Origin: Chiloscyllium plagiosum
Taxonomy: Eukaryota
Length of the DNA: 64,000 nt
NCBI RefSeq assembly: GCF_004010195.1
Contig: NC_057747.1
Location: 23,010,642-23,074,641, forward strand
Direction of reading: 5' to 3'
Shown one piece after another: positions 63,157 to 64,000 of this stretch (positions are counted from its first letter, which is position 1; each line of letters starts with the position of its first letter). The notes below the pieces were generated by a model that worked only from the letters and a program-made list of their open reading frames with translations, was not told where the DNA came from and ran no database searches. The translations under genes and the position numbers were made by a program.

Positions 63157-64000
63157 CGTAGTTGGGGAGTAAGTCCCAAGGCCTCGCAGTGTAGGAGCCG
63201 GAGCCGCTTCTAACAAACAAACCTCTCAGCAGCCTCGGTCCCTTTCGGATTCTTTTTACCGAAACGTCCCGTTTTGAGCCTCGGGTCCAACGATAAAACT
63301 GCAGCCGTTACCCGGGACAACGGAGCGCCCCTAAACTCGTCAGATGGGTTCCCCTAAACTCGTCAGTTTAACCAACCCAACACCATAATGCGATGTTTAA
63401 AAATTGGCGGCTTCATCTTTTAACAACACGTACGTCGTTAGCTTTGCTCATACTGTCAAGTTGTGGCGATATACATGTTCACAGCGCCTCTCGATGGCCG
63501 GAGGTCACATTGACCGCTGTCGCCTCGCAGCGCCCCCGATGGCCGGAGGTCACATTGACCGCTGTCGCCTCGCAGCGCCCCCGATGGCTCAAGGTCATAT
63601 TAACCGTTGTGGCCTCGCAGCGCCCCCTATGGCCAGCGGTCGAACTGACCGTTGCGGCCTCGCAGCGCCCCCCGATGGTCGGAGGTCGTGTCTATCGGTG
63701 GAGCGCGGGCATGAGCGCCCCCGCGAGCCTCGGAGGTCAGCTGGCGGGGCGGCGTTGTCCTTGAGCGCCCCCCGATGCTCGGAGGTTGCGTTGGCCGAGG
63801 ACCCGCGGAGAATGTGAGAGACTGCACGTCCAGGAGGTGGGGGATGGGATGGGGTGGGAAAGGAGGGACAAGGCGGGCTTTGGGAAGGAGGCCACGGGGT
63901 TTGAAGCTAGAGGAGGCCCCAATGAGGGAGGAGGAGGCGGATTGAGGCGCAGAGGAAAGGCCGAGGTAGGAATTTGGCTTCACCCCCTCCCCCCAGACGA
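63157..64000. promoter_or_regulatory. CpG island, probable NUDT13 promoter and first non-coding exon region
   Basis: High CpG density about 1.2 kb upstream of the NUDT13 ATG exon, whose 5' end is a splice acceptor (62033-62032). Confidence 0.5.
63490..63790. repeat. GC-rich 45-bp tandem repeat in a CpG island
   Basis: Unit cgatggccggaggtcacattgaccgctgtcgcctcgcagcgcccc at 63492, 63537, 63582 and diverged further copies. Confidence 0.85.

Noticed and set aside
62047-63220. Four long ORFs of 337-388 aa
   Set aside because: They consist almost entirely of X translated from the N gap.
63393-63983. ORFs with 15-aa repeats
   Set aside because: By-product of a GC-rich 45-bp tandem repeat that lacks stop codons.

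Overview
Repeat-rich vertebrate genomic DNA. The HE1-type SINEs, CR1/HER1 LINEs and Penelope families point to a cartilaginous fish, probably a shark (inference). Three spliced genes were reconstructed by hand from GT-AG sites and frame continuity. (1) ECD (ecdysoneless), + strand, 13 coding exons, 4399-29174, 640 aa. (2) A divergent SLC35D3-like nucleotide-sugar transporter, - strand, 3-4 coding exons, 32657-37179, 327-350 aa, lying between ECD and NUDT13 where I recall no gene in human. (3) NUDT13, - strand, 8 coding exons, 47236-61954, 339 aa. Non-genic highlights: an endogenous retrovirus remnant (env TM, PPT and complete 3' LTR) bracketed by direct repeats of a Penelope terminus just upstream of the SLC35D3-like gene; at least three families of Penelope-like elements carrying minimal hammerhead ribozymes, often as fold-back insertions with 10-14 bp TSDs; and promoter-proximal tandem arrays (GC-box/ETS at ECD, CTCF-like at the right end). 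An assembly gap spans 62188-63156. Protein identities rest on remembered homolog sequences, not database searches.
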